A DNA stretch of 64,000 nucleotides from Chiloscyllium plagiosum (GCF_004010195.1 NC_057718.1:18992588-19056587), one strand, 5' to 3'. Shown: positions 13,506 through 27,654, counted from the stretch's first letter. The notes: generated by a model not told the origin, from the sequence alone. Numbers and translations are program-made.

Positions 13506-14910
13506 GATTTTTTTTCTCACCAGAGAGAACATCACTCCTCCATCCTTGCAAAACTTTCCCAACAACTCACCATTGCCCATGTGTTCAGGGTCCTAAGAAA
13601 ATCAGCCCAAAGTCCTGATTGTCATCACTTGTCCTCTAATGTTTGGTTAACAGTACTGTTATAGTCACATCTTGTGCCTACAAGATTTATTAGAAAGGTG
13701 GAAAAACTTCAAGATATGGAGACCATTCATTACAAGAAAGTTGATGTGTAATAATGACTTATGACATAAATTTGTGGGCAATGGAGAAACCTGACATCCT
13801 GGTCTTATGACCAAATTAAACACTTCCAATAAGAAATAACATTTTTTCAAGAGCCAAAAGTGAGTTAATCTGGGAGACAAAGAAGACCCAGAGGCCAACA
13901 AGAGAAAGAATCCTGCCTAAAAATCATTCAGGTGAAGAGGTGGAACTAACTTATTTTGACCACAGAAATGGGTATAGACATCTTTCACTACAGAGCTGGA
14001 AAAGCCAGAAACCTCCATTTTTACTTCAGTGAATGTAGAATTTAATAAATCTAAGCGTATGTTACATCTTTTCTAATGTCTGTGTGTATCTGTAGTTGAG
14101 GAATGGGAATGTGTTGGGTTTACACTTCAGGTGTTTAATGTTTTGATCTTGCTTTTTTAAATAAGTAGTAGCTTAAGGGGTTACAACACTTCTTTAAAAA
14201 ATACATGTTTTTGCAGCCAGTGGAGAGGTGGCAAGGGAAAATATGTTCCATAACCATTTGCAAGCACATACATATTGGGCAGAATATTATCAGTCATGAG
14301 GAGGATGGATACATCAGAAAATCTCAAGTATAAAGACAAACCCTCAACACACGATTAGCTCTGATAGAAGCTTACTGAAACTAGAGTCCAAGCAGCATTG
14401 GTTACTGGCCTGGGTAACGAATTATAAACAATTAATTAGGCACGTATGCTTAAATTGGTGACACTGCCAAATTCTTAGGGCTGGTGGGCAGTCTCAAAGC
14501 TGAAAATTGGCCTGGAGCCTCATGGAATTGAGGATTAATCCTCAAGACACTTCTGTGTGCAACCCTGGAGAAAACTTGCAAAGGTTATTAATTATCTTTG
14601 AATTCTTTTCAAATATAAAAATATTGAAAACTGGGGGATAGAAAGCTGCTTGGTTCACTGTTAAGGATTATCTAGTTGGGCAATGAATCTTTTTGCTTCC
14701 CAATTGATGTACAAGGATGGATGTGTTGCCAACGAATGGCTGGAGCATGTGGACAAGTCATGCAATGAAACATCCTGGAATATATTTAATCACTGTTGAC
14801 AATCCTAGTCCCGATCAAGGCCTCTGCCTGAAACATCAACTCTTCTGCTTCTGTGATGCTGCCTAACGTGCTGTGCTTTTTCCAGCACCACACTTTTCGA
14901 ATCCTAGTTA

Positions 14911-15664
14911 TGTGGTATTATGAAGGTGTAGGTATGTACTGTAAGAGAGTGTGGAAGCTGGCACAGACCTAGAGAGGCACAGAGTGTGCTGATGAATTTA
15001 AAAGTGTAACATTTGGTTGTGAAACAAATAGTTGGAGCTGCGTTGTCATGGTACACAACAGATTCAAATTTGGCCAATCAATTTAAAGTATGCCCCAAGG
15101 TACCAAAATCCAATCAAATTTGAATGTTAATGTTTTGATGACATCAAACCAATCAGACAGTCTGATGTTCTGGGGTATGTAAAATCGGGTATTTTGAACA
15201 GTTAGCCAGAGTGGCAAAGAGCACCAATAAATGAAGATTCGTCCTGCAAAGCCTCTCTCTAAAAGGTATCTTTTCATATGAAAGTTGTGAAGCAGAAAAC
15301 TAAAGAAAAGACCCAGGAAAGTACAGATGAAGATACCAAAGGAATGGCAACAACTAGTTGGTTTTGAAATTTGATTTTTGTTTTGTTGTTCACCTTAATC
15401 GGGAGGTTATATCGGATCAGTATATTGTTGTAGAGTGGGAGGTAGATAAATTGATCAAACAAAGCATGGTTACCATGTAGACAGTTGTTGTTTAATGTTC
15501 TTGTGTTTCTCAGAGTTAAAGAATAAATTGCTAAAAATTTTTTCTTTACATCGAAAGATTTTTGTAGTTCTTGGTCACTTATACTTTAACAGATTATGAG
15601 GTGAGGTGAGCTTTTCTGTGGGACTGGTTCAAATTAGCAGAAGGCTTTACCTCATCTTGTAACA
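14911..15664 (+). mobile_element. Solo LTR candidate
   Basis: TGTGG...GTAACA termini, AATAAA at about 15522, flanks gtta/gttg (an imperfect 4-bp TSD). Confidence 0.55.
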
Positions 15665-15878
15665 GTTGCCCTCAACACCCACCTCACCCAGTGTGGCCAT
15701 GAATACCCGCACCTACCAGGGTAGTGATCAACATACAGCTCTCCCAATGTGATTGTTAACCTATTTTCTAATCAATCTGTTTAGAGATGTTATTATACAC
15801 CTCTGGAGCACATGTAACTTGAACCTGGGTCTCTTGATCCAGGATTAGGGACAGTACCATTGCGCCACAAGAGGGCTC

Positions 15879-15951
15879 CCCCCAAACCTGGGATCAAACC
15901 AAGGACCTTCAGATCTTCAGTCTAATGGTCTCCCAACTGAGCTATTTCAAA
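15879..15951 (-). pseudogene. tRNA-Phe(GAA) pseudogene
   Basis: The minus strand GAAATAGCTCAGTTGGGAGACCATTAGACTGAAGATCTGAAGGTCCTTGGTTTGATCCCAGGTTT follows the vertebrate tRNA-Phe sequence, with substitutions in the D-stem, T-loop and acceptor stem. Confidence 0.8.
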
Positions 15952-17753
15952 ACCACTACATTTAACTCCCCCAGTGTCACTGTGAACATGCACCTTTTCC
16001 AGCTAATGTCAGTTACATTTCTATCAGCAATGACAACTTAGCATTAAGTTTGTGTCCAGCAGATGATATAATCTGTGAATGACATCTCTGGTGGTGTAGC
16101 CTTTTGCCACGTACTCTTTTGTGTGATACAGGAGGCTTACCCATTCCCCTATAGCATTCAAATCACATTGGGTGATAGAGAATGCAGGTGGTCCTCTGAT
16201 TTGTCCGGCTTTCTTCCATTGCACATTCTGCTTCAATATTTCATACTTTCTATTGCATTACAGCCACAGTGTGCATCTTTAACAGTTCATTAACCAGTAA
16301 TAAATATTTTCTACCCTGGACCTCTGCCAGCTCCATTAGTAGTTTAAATGCCATATTTTTTGGGGGGAGAGTCACAATGATATAATGTGCAAATGAAATG
16401 AAATCTGAATAATTTTTCACATACCCCATAAATTCTAAGCTTAACAGACAAATGGGCAAGCTGTGTTGCTTCCAGATAGACAGTTCAAGATTAAATTCCA
16501 TTTTGCTTGTTGATGTACTGGTCCACATTTACACTGCCAGCTCAAACATGTTAACTTATCTTGTAATGGGGATTAGGCTAAACTTATCAATTATAATTTA
16601 TGTGACATATTTATTATAAATTGGTTAGTTGATTGCTCATGTTCATTTACGTGAAAGTTGTCTCCTCAGATGAAAACAAACACATTATCTGCATGGGCTA
16701 AAGGACATCGGTAGCTGGTGTGCTTTCTGAAGCTAGTTGTCTCCATCAAACATCATGTCAAACTGCTGAGGTAATATCAGGCAATCGTCAATTTCATCCA
16801 ACAAAGGTAACCTTTGCCTATTGTTATGATTGAGGTTGAGAAGTATGCTGTCGTTCTAGTCCCACTACTCCGTGGATCACAACATAAAAGAAAAATACTT
16901 TTCCAGTTACCAAGATGGCCAAAATCTATAACAGGTTTTAAAAAGCATGACCAAAATGAAGTTTCTTGAAAAAAAAATTAGTTTATTATGAAAACAAAAT
17001 TTATTCTATGAAGATGCAAATAAGTGTTCAACATAAACAGTCAGTAATTTTGAAGTGTAAACACATACCCCTTTAAATATCGCCCAAAAACACACACACT
17101 TCAGGAAAAGGAGTAAAACATTAATTTCTTTCTAGAGATTAGTTTTCTGAAAAAAAACTTTTGTCAATGCGCTCTTCTTTAAGGCAAAATAATAGAGTGT
17201 AGAATGTTCTAAAGTCTGTTGCCCTGATGTTCTGGCATGTGTGTTCAAATAATTAATTATGCATGGTTGTCTCTGGAGTCTTTCTTTCACAGCTTGCTCT
17301 ACATTTACAGACAAGTTTCTCCAAACATTTTCAGAAGAACAAATCAATTTCACCATAAATTCAACAGGCCTTTTCCAGAAATGGAAGATATCAGCCGTGC
17401 AGTGCTTCCTGGTATTTCTTTTGTCCCCAACTAATTCCAGATATCAAAGTACAGTCAGTGTCCAAACCAGGTCCAGCAAAGCATGCAGTAATCACCAGTC
17501 ATATGATTTCCTGAAGGCAATGTTAAAAAAATCTTCAATGTTCACAGTGATCTTCCAACAATCTCTTTTCACAAATCATTCAAGGTATTTCTACAAAATT
17601 TGAAATAATTTTGTTTGCATATTGCCTTCAAAACCTAATCCCTCCAAGAAATATTAAATATAAAAGATCACTTAAACACCCTCACCCTTAGAAAAATAAC
17701 TTGCTGTTTTAAAATGCATTTTACTGCAAAGTGCGAATTAAACAATAATATTT

Positions 17754-18960
17754 GCAAGTTTGGAGAAAATGTGTAGCTCAAGTTGAGGTTCTGGATGTAA
17801 GTTTGCTCGCTGAACTGGAAGGTTCATTTTCAGATGTTTTGTCCCCATACTAGGTAACATCATCAGTGAGCCTCCAGTGAAGCACTGTTGTTAGTGACCC
17901 ATTTTCTATTTATGTGCTTAGGTGTCCTTGGGTTGGTTTTGTCATTTCCTGTTCTTTTTCTCAGAGGGTGGTAAGTGTGGTCCGAGTCAAGGTGTTTGTG
18001 ATAGAGCTCCAGTTGGAATGCTATGCTTCCAGGAATTCTCGTGTGTGTCTCTGTTTGGCTTGTTCTAGGATGGATGTGTCTCAGTCGAAGTGGTGTCCTT
18101 CCTCATCTGTATGTAAGCATACTAGTGAGAGTGGGTCATGTCTTTTTAGGGCTAGTTAATGTTCATGTATTCTGGTGGCCAGTTTCTGCCTGTTTGTCCA
18201 ATGTAGTGTTGTTACAGTTCTGGCAAGGTATTTTGTAAAGACATTAGTTTTGCTTGTTGTCTGTATAGGGTCTTTAAAGTTTATTAGCTGCAGTTTTAGT
18301 ATGTAAGTGGGTTTGTGGGCTACTATGATGCCAAGAGCTTTGAGTTGTCTGGCAGTCATTTCTGAGATGTCTTTGATGTAGGGGAGAGTGGCTAGGGTTT
18401 CTGGGTGCGTTTTGTCTGCTTGTTTGGGTTTTTGCTGAGAAATCAGTGGACTGTCTTCATTGGGTATCTGTTCATTTTGAATATGCTGTATAGGTGGTTT
18501 TCCTCTGCTCTTCATAGTTCCTCTGTGCTACAAATGTCTGGTGGCTCATTGAAATACTGTTCTATGTAGCTTCGTTTGTGGATGCTGGGATGACTACTTC
18601 TGTAGTTCAGTATTTGGTACGTATGTGTTGTTTTCCTACAGACGCTAGAAGTTACCCATTGGCTGCTTGCTCTACCATGACATCTAGGAATAGCAGTTTA
18701 TTGTTGTTTTCCTCCTCATTAGTGAATTTTACACCTGAAAGGCTATTATGATGGTCTTGAAGGTTTCCCTAATTTGTTTCGTTTAGTCATGACAAAGGTG
18801 TCATCCATGTTGCAGACCCAATGTTTGGGTTGGATGGTTGGCAGAGCTGTTTGTTCGAGTCTCTGCATTATTGCCTCTGCTAAGAACCCTGATATCGGAG
18901 ATCCCATGAGTGGTTCGTTGGTTTGTCTGTACATTTTGTTGTTGAAAGTGAATTGGGTGG
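17754..18960 (-). mobile_element. Penelope-like element, arm with the complete 3' end (RT thumb, GIY-YIG endonuclease, pLTR with hammerhead remnant)
   Basis: Translates to MGSPISGFLAEAIMQRLE, MDDTFV, TLPYIKDISEMTAR and KLATRIHEH. Terminal CTGATGA motif at about 17860-17866. Confidence 0.88.
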
Positions 18961-20433
18961 GGCATGGTACAGTAAGGGGTGCAACTGTCTCTGCTACGAA
19001 CAAGTTTGAGAGGTCTGGGATATTTGTTGAGTAAGGCCCCTTAAATAGAAAAACAAATCCCTTCGCTACTCAGTAACAGACATTGTCCTGTCCTTCTGTT
19101 TGTCTGTCCATCCATGTCGCCCCCTGAGCCCCCTTACTAATAAATATCGAATATGGGTGCTGTTGCACTAACCACATATGAACTGTCTGCCCACGGTCAC
19201 ATTCAAACATGCCTGCTCACTGCAGGTGCAGATAAACTGTCCCCTAGTGATCTTACAGTGCTGATAAGTCTGGACACATAAGTCATTTTTGGGAACCAGG
19301 GCATAAACACATTCCCATCCCTGTCCCGTGAAACAGAGTGGGTAATTACCGGGTTTTAAATGGGTCTTCCCTTCCCTAGGCTGGGGGGCCCAGCCCCATG
19401 ATCCTGTCCAGCTGCACGCATCTACCCTGGAGTCCCCACTTGTATTTGCCCTTTTTTCAGTGCTCCTGAGATGTCCGCTGTATACAGGTCACAAGGGGTC
19501 CACACCAGGACGGTGACAAGTAGGGATTCCACTGATCACGCCAGTGGGTAGCAGACAATTCGGTTCCCATGCAAGCTTAGGTGGGTTTTATAGAAGAGGT
19601 TATCCTCAAATCCTGACATGCTCCCAACAGTTGTGACACTTAAACAGAGTGAAATACATACATTTTGCAGTTAAAATAAAGTTATCAGTCAAAGTCTTTG
19701 TTCTCGTCAGGAAGTACAGTCTGGCTTCTGTGTGGTTTGTTCTGTTGGGTTTTTGGTACTCCCCCCGGGATGACTGTCCTGTCCACCGTTCCTGTTTGCA
19801 TCTGGGCAATGGTCAATTACATTAGTTTGGTCACAGGAGTCTTTAAACAGTTTGAGTTGGGTCCAGCGCTTCCATGTCCCTTTTCTTTTAATATCTATGC
19901 AGGCACAAGTGTCCCCACTTATTACCGTGTCTCTTGGCTAATTCCATTTTGGGGCAAAGCCTGGCTTGTCAGGCAATGCTCGTACTAGGACGCGGGTTCC
20001 TGCTGCTGGGACCTCAGGGAAGACTTCCAGTTCCCCTGCCTTGTCTGCTCGCCTTTAGACACCATCCTCCCCTTTGAATGCCCCCTGCAGTTTCCATTGC
20101 TCCCTCTCTTCCTGTAGCTGCTGAATTTGGATAGCCTCTTTCGCTAATTCAGTAGTGGCTATTGCAGTCTCATTAATGGCTTCTTGTTCTAGGGCTTTCT
20201 GAGCTGCTTGGTCTGCTGCCTGGTTTCCTTTGAATTTTAGCCAATTTGGGCTCTCTTTTTCTGGCTCCTTTTAATGTGCTTTTATTTTTATTACTGCAGC
20301 CTCTTTTGGCTGTTCACTGACACGCAATAGTGCCTGAATTCTTAACTGGTGTCTGATAGGTGTTTCCCCCTGCAGTGGTGAACCCTTCTTTTACCACATG
20401 CCACCATGTGATCATGGACTACACCGAAGGCAT

Positions 20434-20471
<38 letters not shown>

Positions 20472-20908
20472 AACACATATTCACGGCTTTTCCTTTTGCT
20501 AGTTCCAGTGCTTTGGTGATTGCTACCCGTTCTGCTACCTGTGCAGACTGACTTCCATCAATCCTTCCGGACATAATTGTTTCTAACTTATCATTTACCA
20601 CAGCCCACCCTGTTTGGGTCAACCCTGCTATGTATTTTCGCAACCCGTCCATGAAGAGGGTCTCCTCGGCTGTGTCTGGGGGGGTATTTTTTATTCTCCC
20701 CCGGTGACTACTGGCCCTTCTGTAGTTGAGCAGTACCCATGGGCCTTTTCCTATTACCATGGTCTTGGGTGACCACTGTGGAGTAAAATCCTCCCGCATT
20801 ATTACAGTGGATGTCAAAGTCCTTGCTGGGATTTGGCAGCCCTAGCCCAGGGGCTGATATGAGTCGAGTTTTCAGCTGACTGTGTGCCTTCTCCTGTTCT
20901 GGCCCCTA

Positions 20909-23900
20909 GGCTAATCAGAGTGCATCACAGCTACAGAAACGAAGGTTGTTGAGGAAGGTTTGTCTACAGAGTCAGTATGGGTGGAAGTTAGGAAAAGCAA
21001 CGAAACAGTCAACACATTTTCTACAGACCACCTAATAGCAATAGAGAGATTGAAGATTGCATAGGCAGGCAGATTCTGGAAAAATGCAAAATTAGCAGGG
21101 TTGTTGTTATGGGTGATTTCAACTTTCCCAATATTGACTGGAACCTCCTAAGTGCAAATGGTTTGGATAGAGCCGTTTTTGTCAGCTGTGTTCAGGAGGG
21201 TTTCCTAACTCAGTACGTAGACAGACCAATGAGGGGAGAGGCCATTTTGGATTTGGTGCTCGGCAACGAGCCAGGACGGGTGTCAGCTCTCATGGTGGGA
21301 GAGCACTTTGGTGAAAGTGATCACAACTGCCTTACATTTAGCATAGCATTGGAGCGTGAAAGGAGCAGTTGCCGAGGGAAAATATTTAATTAGGAAAAAG
21401 GAAATTATGACGCTATCAGATAGGAGTTGGGAAGTACTGCTTGGGAGCAATTTATCCACAGAAAGGGTACAGCAGACATGTGGAAACTATTTAAGGAGCA
21501 GTTGTTGCGAGTGATGCATAAATTTGTTCCTCTGAGACAGGTAAGAAGGGGTAAGATTAAGGAACCTTGGACGACGAGAACAGAGGAACTTCTCGTCAAA
21601 AGGAAGAAGGCAGCTTACGTAAGGTGGAGGAAACAAGGATCTAACACAGCTTTAGAGGATTACAGACTTGCGAGAAAGGAGCTCAGAAATGGACTGAGAA
21701 GAGCCAGGAGGGGGCACGAAAAAGACTTGGCAAGACGAATTAGGGAGAACCCAAAGGCGTTTTACTCATACGTGAGGAATAAGAGAATGCTCAGGAAGAA
21801 GGTAGGGCCGATGAGGGATAGCGGAGGGAACTTGTGTGTGGAGTCTGAGCAGATAGGGAAAGCCCTAAATGAGTTTTTTGCTTCGGTTTTCGCTAAGAAA
21901 AGGGAGCTTGTTGTAAATGAAAACTTAGAGGAGCTGCACACAGTCTTGACCACATCAAGATTGATGAAGTTGATGTGCTGGAAATTTTGGAAAACATTAA
22001 GATTAGGATAGATCAAGTGAATCCTTAGAAAAGTATAAAGAAAGTAGGAGTATAATTAAGAGGGAAATCAGGAGGGCAAAACAGGGACATGAGATAGCTT
22101 TGCCAAATAGAATTAAGGAGAATCCAAAGGATTTTTACAAATATATTTAGGACAAAAGGGTAACTAGGGAGAGAATAGGGCCCCTCAAAGATCAGCAAAG
22201 CGGCCTTTGTGTGGAGCCACAGGAAATGGGGGAGATACTAAATGAATATTTTGCATCAGTATTTACTGTGGAAAAGGATATGGAAAATATAGACTGTAGG
22301 GAAATAGATGGTGACAAATTGCAAAATGTCCAGATTAGAGGAGGAAGTGCTGGATGCCTTGAAACGGTTAAAAGTGGATAAATCCCCAGGACCTGATTAG
22401 GTGTACCCAAGAACTCTGTGGGAAGCTAGGGAAGTGATTGCTGGGCCTCTTGCTGAGATATTTGAATCATTGATAGTCACAGGTAAGGTGCCGGAAGATT
22501 GGAGGTTGGCAAACATGGTTCCACTGTTTAAGAAGGGCAGTAAGGACAAGCCAGGGAACTATAGATCGGTGAGCCTGACCTCAGTGGTGGGCAAGTTGTT
22601 GGAGGGAATCCTGAGATACAGGATTTACATGTATTTGGAAAGGCAAGGACTGATTCGGGATAGTCAACATGGCTTTGTGCATGGGAAATCATGTCTCACA
22701 AACTTGATTGAGTTTTTTTGAAGAAGTAACAAAGAAGATTGATGAGGGCAGAGCGATAGATGTGATCGATATGGACTTCAGTAAGACATTCGACAAGGTT
22801 CCCCATGGGAGACTGATTAGCAAGGTTAGATCTCATGGAATACAGGGAGAACTAGCCATTTGGATGCAGAGGTGGCGGAAAGATAGAAGACAGAGGGTGG
22901 TGGTGGAGGTTTGTTTTTCAGACTGGAGGCCTGTGACCAGTGGAGAGCCACAAGGATCGGTGCTGGGCCCTCTACTTTTTGTCATTTACATAAATGATTT
23001 GGATGTAAACATAAGGGGTACAGTTAGTAAGTTTGCAGATGACACCACAATTAGAGGTGTCGTGGACAGCAAAGAGGGTTACCTCAGATTATAACAGGAT
23101 CTGGACCAGATGGGCCAATGAGCCGAGAAGTGGCAGATGGAGTTAAATTCAGATAAATGCGAGGTGCTGCATTTTGGGAAAGTAAATCTTAGCAGGACTT
23201 ATACACTTAATGGTAAGGTCCTAGGGAGTGTTGCTGAACAAAGAGACCTTGGAGTGCAGGTTCANNNNNNNNNNNNNNNNNNNNNNNNNNNNNNNNNNNN
23301 NNNNNNNNNNNNNNNNNNNNNNNNNNNNNNNNNNNNNNNNNNNNNNNNNNNNNNNNNNNNNNNNNNNNNNNNNNNNNNNNNNNNNNNNNNNNNNNNNNNN
23401 NNNNNNNNNNNNNNNNNNNNNNNNNNNNNNNNNNNNNNNNNNNNNNNNNNNNNNNNNNNNNNNNNNNNNNNNNNNNNNNNNNNNNNNNNNNNNNNNNNNN
23501 NNNNNNNNNNNNNNNNNNNNNNNNNNNNNNNNNNNNNNNNNNNCGACTGTACAGGACATTGGTTAAGCCACTGTTGGAATATTGCGTGCAATTCTGGTCT
23601 CCTTCCTATCAGAAAGATGTTGTGAAACTTGAAAGGGTTCAGAAAAGATTTACAAGGATTTTGCCAGGGTTGGAGGATCTGAGCTACAGGGAGAGGCTGA
23701 ACAGGCTGGGGCTGTTTTCCCTAGAGCGTCGGAGGCTGAGGGGTGACCTTGTAGAGGTTTACAAAATTATGAGCAGCATGGATAGAATAGATACACAAAG
23801 TCTTTTTCCTGGGTTCGGGGAGTCCAGAATTAGAGGGCATAGGTTTAGGGTGAGAGGGGAAAGATATAAAAGAGACCTAAGGGGCAACTTTTTCACACAG

Positions 23901-25583
23901 AGGGTGGTACGTGTATGGAATGAGCTGCCAGAGGAAGTGGTGGAGGCTGGTACAATTGCAACATTTAAGAGGCATTTGGATGGGTATATGAATAGGAAGG
24001 GTTTGGAGGGATATGGGCTGGATGCTGGCAGGTGGGACTAGATTGGGCTGGGATATCTGGTCGGCATGGACGGGTTGGACCGAAGGGTCTGTTTTCATGC
24101 TGTACATTTCTACTCTAAGATTGATGAGTCCCCAGGGCCAGACCAGATTTATCCTAGGCTGCTCCGGGAAGCGAGAAAGGAGGTTGCTAAGCCGCTGGTG
24201 AGGATATTTGTCTGCTCACTCTCCATGGGAGTCGTACCGGAGGATTGGAAGGAGACAATGTTGTTCCACTTTTCAAGAAGGGTAATAGGGAAATCCCTGG
24301 CAATTACAGACCAGTCAGTCATACGTCTGTGATCAGCAAAGTTGTGGAAAGAATTCTGAGGGATAGGATTTATTACTATTTAGCAAAGCATGGTGTGATT
24401 GAAGGCAGTCAGCATGGCTTTGTGAGGGGCAGGTCATGCCTCACAAAACTTATTCAGTTCTTTGAGAAGGTGTCAAGACAGGTTGACGATGGTACAGCAG
24501 TGGATGTGGTGTATATGGAATTCAGCAAGGCATTTGATAGGGTTCCCCATGGTAGGCTCATTCATAAAGTCAGGAGGTATGGGATACAGGGAGATTTGGC
24601 TATCTGGATTCAGAATTGNNNNNNNNNNNNNNNNNNNNNNNNNNNNNNNNNNNNNNNNNNNNNNNNNNNNNNNNNNNNNNNNNNNNNNNNNNNNNNNNNN
24701 NNNNNNNNNNNNNNNNNNNNNNNNNNNNNNNNNNNNNNNNNNNNNNNNNNNNNNNNNNNNNNNNNNNNNNNNNCGTGACATAGACAGGATGCAGAGCTGG
24801 GCTAAGAAATGGCAGATGGAGTTCAACCTGGATAAATGCAAAGTGATGCATTTTGGAAGGTCGAACTCGAACGCTGAATATAGGATTAAAGACAGGATTC
24901 TTGGCAGAGTGGAGGAACAGAGAGATCTGGGTGTGCAAGTACATAGATCCCTCAAAGTTGCCACCCAAGTGGATAGGGTTGTTAAGAAAGCATATGGTGT
25001 TTTGGCTTTCATTAACAGGGGAATTGAGTTTCAGAGCCGCAAGGTTTGGCTGCAGCTCTACATGAGACCACAATTGGAATATTGTATCCAGTTCGGGTCG
25101 CCCTACTGTAGGAAAGATACAGAGGCTTTGGAGAGGGTGCAAAGAAGGTTTACCAGGATGCTGCCTGGATTGGAGGGCTTGCCGTATAAAGAAAGGTTGA
25201 ATAAGCTTGGACTTTTCTCCCTGGAGAGAAAGAGGAAAAGAGGAGACCTGATCGAGGTGTACAAAATAATGAGATGAATAGATAGAGTCAATAGCCAGAG
25301 ACTTTTCCCCAGGGCAGGATTGATTGGTACAAGAAGTCATAGTTTGAAGATATTAGGAGGAAGGTATGAAGAAGACATCAGAGGTAGGTTCTCTATGCAG
25401 AGTGTTGAGGTGGTGGAAGAGAAGTCATTGGGGACATTTAAGCAACTGCTGGACATGCACATGGATAGCAGTGAGTTGAGGGGTGCAAAGGTTAAGTTAC
25501 TATATTTTACATTAGGATTAAATCTCGGTAGAACATTGTGGGCCTAAAGCCCTGTTCTGTGCTGTACCTTTCTATGTTCTATG
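20909..25583 (+). mobile_element. CR1 LINE (family A; endonuclease to 3' end) inserted in ERV pol and itself interrupted
   Basis: MGDFNFPNIDW and SDH endonuclease motifs, RT motifs and a (CTATGTT)n tail. 5-bp TSD CCCTA at 20904-20908 and 25584-25588. Confidence 0.9.
22005..24115 (+). mobile_element. CR1/HER1 LINE (family B) nested in family-A CR1
   Basis: RT motifs are nearly identical to the 2191-3450 copy. 7-bp TSD TAAGATT at 21998-22004 and 24116-24122. Removing it restores ..ENIKIDESPGPDQIYPR. Confidence 0.9.
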
Positions 25584-27654
25584 CCCTATGTTACAGCTTC
25601 TAAGGTGGGCTTGCCTTCTTTAATTAATCTCTGGATCGGTTCAACTAATTTTGCAAACTCGGCTATAAAGCTCCGACTGTAGTTGACTAGCCCCATGACC
25701 TTTTTGACTCCCATGACAGTGCCAGGTTGCGCCATCTGTTGAATTGCTTTCTTGTGGTTGTTGGGCATTTCTTTGAGTCCCTGGGATATAAGGTGTCCCA
25801 GCTATAAGACTTGTGTTTTTCCAATCTGTGTCTTTGTGGGGCTGACTTTAACCCTGCAGTTGCCAATTCCTGCAATACTAGACATAAAGATTCCTGGTGT
25901 CCTGACTCTGACTCTGAGGCAATTAGGATATCATCTACATATTAGAGGGCAGTGCAATAGTGGAGGGGTCTGCTACAATGGGGTGCAATTTGGGTGTGAC
26001 CATATTTAATCCTGTACAATCAATGGTGAGCATGTAGCTTCCATCAGGTTTTAGTACTGGGCACCTCGGGGAATTAGTTGTACTTGTGGTTTCTTTCAGG
26101 ATTCCCTGTGTCACTAGTCCTTTCACTATCTCCACAACTGCTTTTCTGCTTGGAGTTTTATTGGGTATTGCCGGTGGGGCTTATGCTCCGGTATGGGAAC
26201 TCTTATCGGGTCTATGTTAGCTAGACCTGTATCTAACTTTGTTTCTGCCCATGTTCTGGGGACAAAGGCACAGACGGCTCCAAATCCCCCCTTTTCGAGG
26301 TTGCAGTCCCTACTGGTGACTGTAGCCACTTTAATAGTTTCAAGGTGACTTGTAAGTTCCCCAATCTCGGTCTTTCGACCGTCCTGTCTAGGCCAAATCA
26401 ATTTCCCTATCGCACAATCGATTAGAATATTATATTCTTTCATGAGATCATTGGAGGACACTATTATGGTGCCCTCGTTATTTTGGCATACATAGAATTT
26501 CATGGGGATATATATTTATATTGTTTATTTCTACAAGGGTAGTTTCGCTTAGGTAAGCTGGTGTTTTATCCCCTCCTACCCCAGTTGAGTGAATCATTTT
26601 ATTTGTGTGGGGTAAGGGTAACTTTGTGATACGGCCACTCCTGTGTCTACTAACATTTCACATTTCCTCCCTCCCATTACTGTGGATATGTAAATTCTCC
26701 CCTCTCCCTTACCCTCACGAATGGGGGCAGCTGGTTGTCAGCTCTGCTGACCTCGGGACTCCTGCGGTTTTGCGGTGTTCCGAGTGGTGTTTGGGGGTGC
26801 CCCATGCTTTTCCCACATACTGCTTCTGTGTGTCCTGGTCTTTTGCAGTGGCTGCAGTATTTTGCATTGTTCCCTGGTCTATCCCCTGCTCATGGGAGCC
26901 TACACTCTCTATCAAAATACTCGGTCCCCCTGAGCTGGGTTTGCTTGCCCTGAGCATTCCTGATCGACCCTAAATAATCATTCCCATATTCAGAGGCTCC
27001 TTTCCCTTTAAGTTGCTTAGTGGTTGTGATTCTGCTCCAGTTCACGGGAGCATTCCCTAGCACCCTCTGGATTTCTTCTTTAAAGTCGGTGAAGGGGGCC
27101 CACTGGGCCTCTATCTCAGCTGGAGGGCAACAGCATGTGACCACATTGGAAATTACAAGTACAAACAGCACCCAACTTTTAACTTGTAATTTCCAGTACA
27201 AACAGCACCCAACTTTTAACTTAAACTCTAACTGGACTCTTGAGTTGTTCGCCCCTCCAGGGTCCAGTGTTACCTGACTTTGCCACTTGTGCTTCACAAC
27301 TCCTTGTGTCCTCAGCACATAAATTCCCACTTCAAATCCCAACCTTCGTGTATGGGGGCTACCCCTCTTAACAACCAATTTAGGGCAGGACTTTTGAGAC
27401 AGGCACTACCTTGTACTCTGGCTGTTTCAGCACAAGCAGCAGGTTCTTACAGCAGTTAATACAGTTAGCACTCATTCTCCACAGACATGCACTAAAAAGA
27501 ATCTTTAACTCAGTACTGTAGCACATCAGACATTACAATCGGTATACCTTTTAAACTGCGCCCTTGGACCGGTCTGACTCTTCCCGCTTGCAGGTACAAA
27601 TTGGTCCTGACCCCAGCCCCCCCAATCGTGGCCTTTGACAGGACACCAGTAATA

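Noticed and set aside
16820..17700. Possible LTR-like element starting TGTTATGA (similar stretch near 32298)
   Set aside because: No matching end or TSD could be established by eye.
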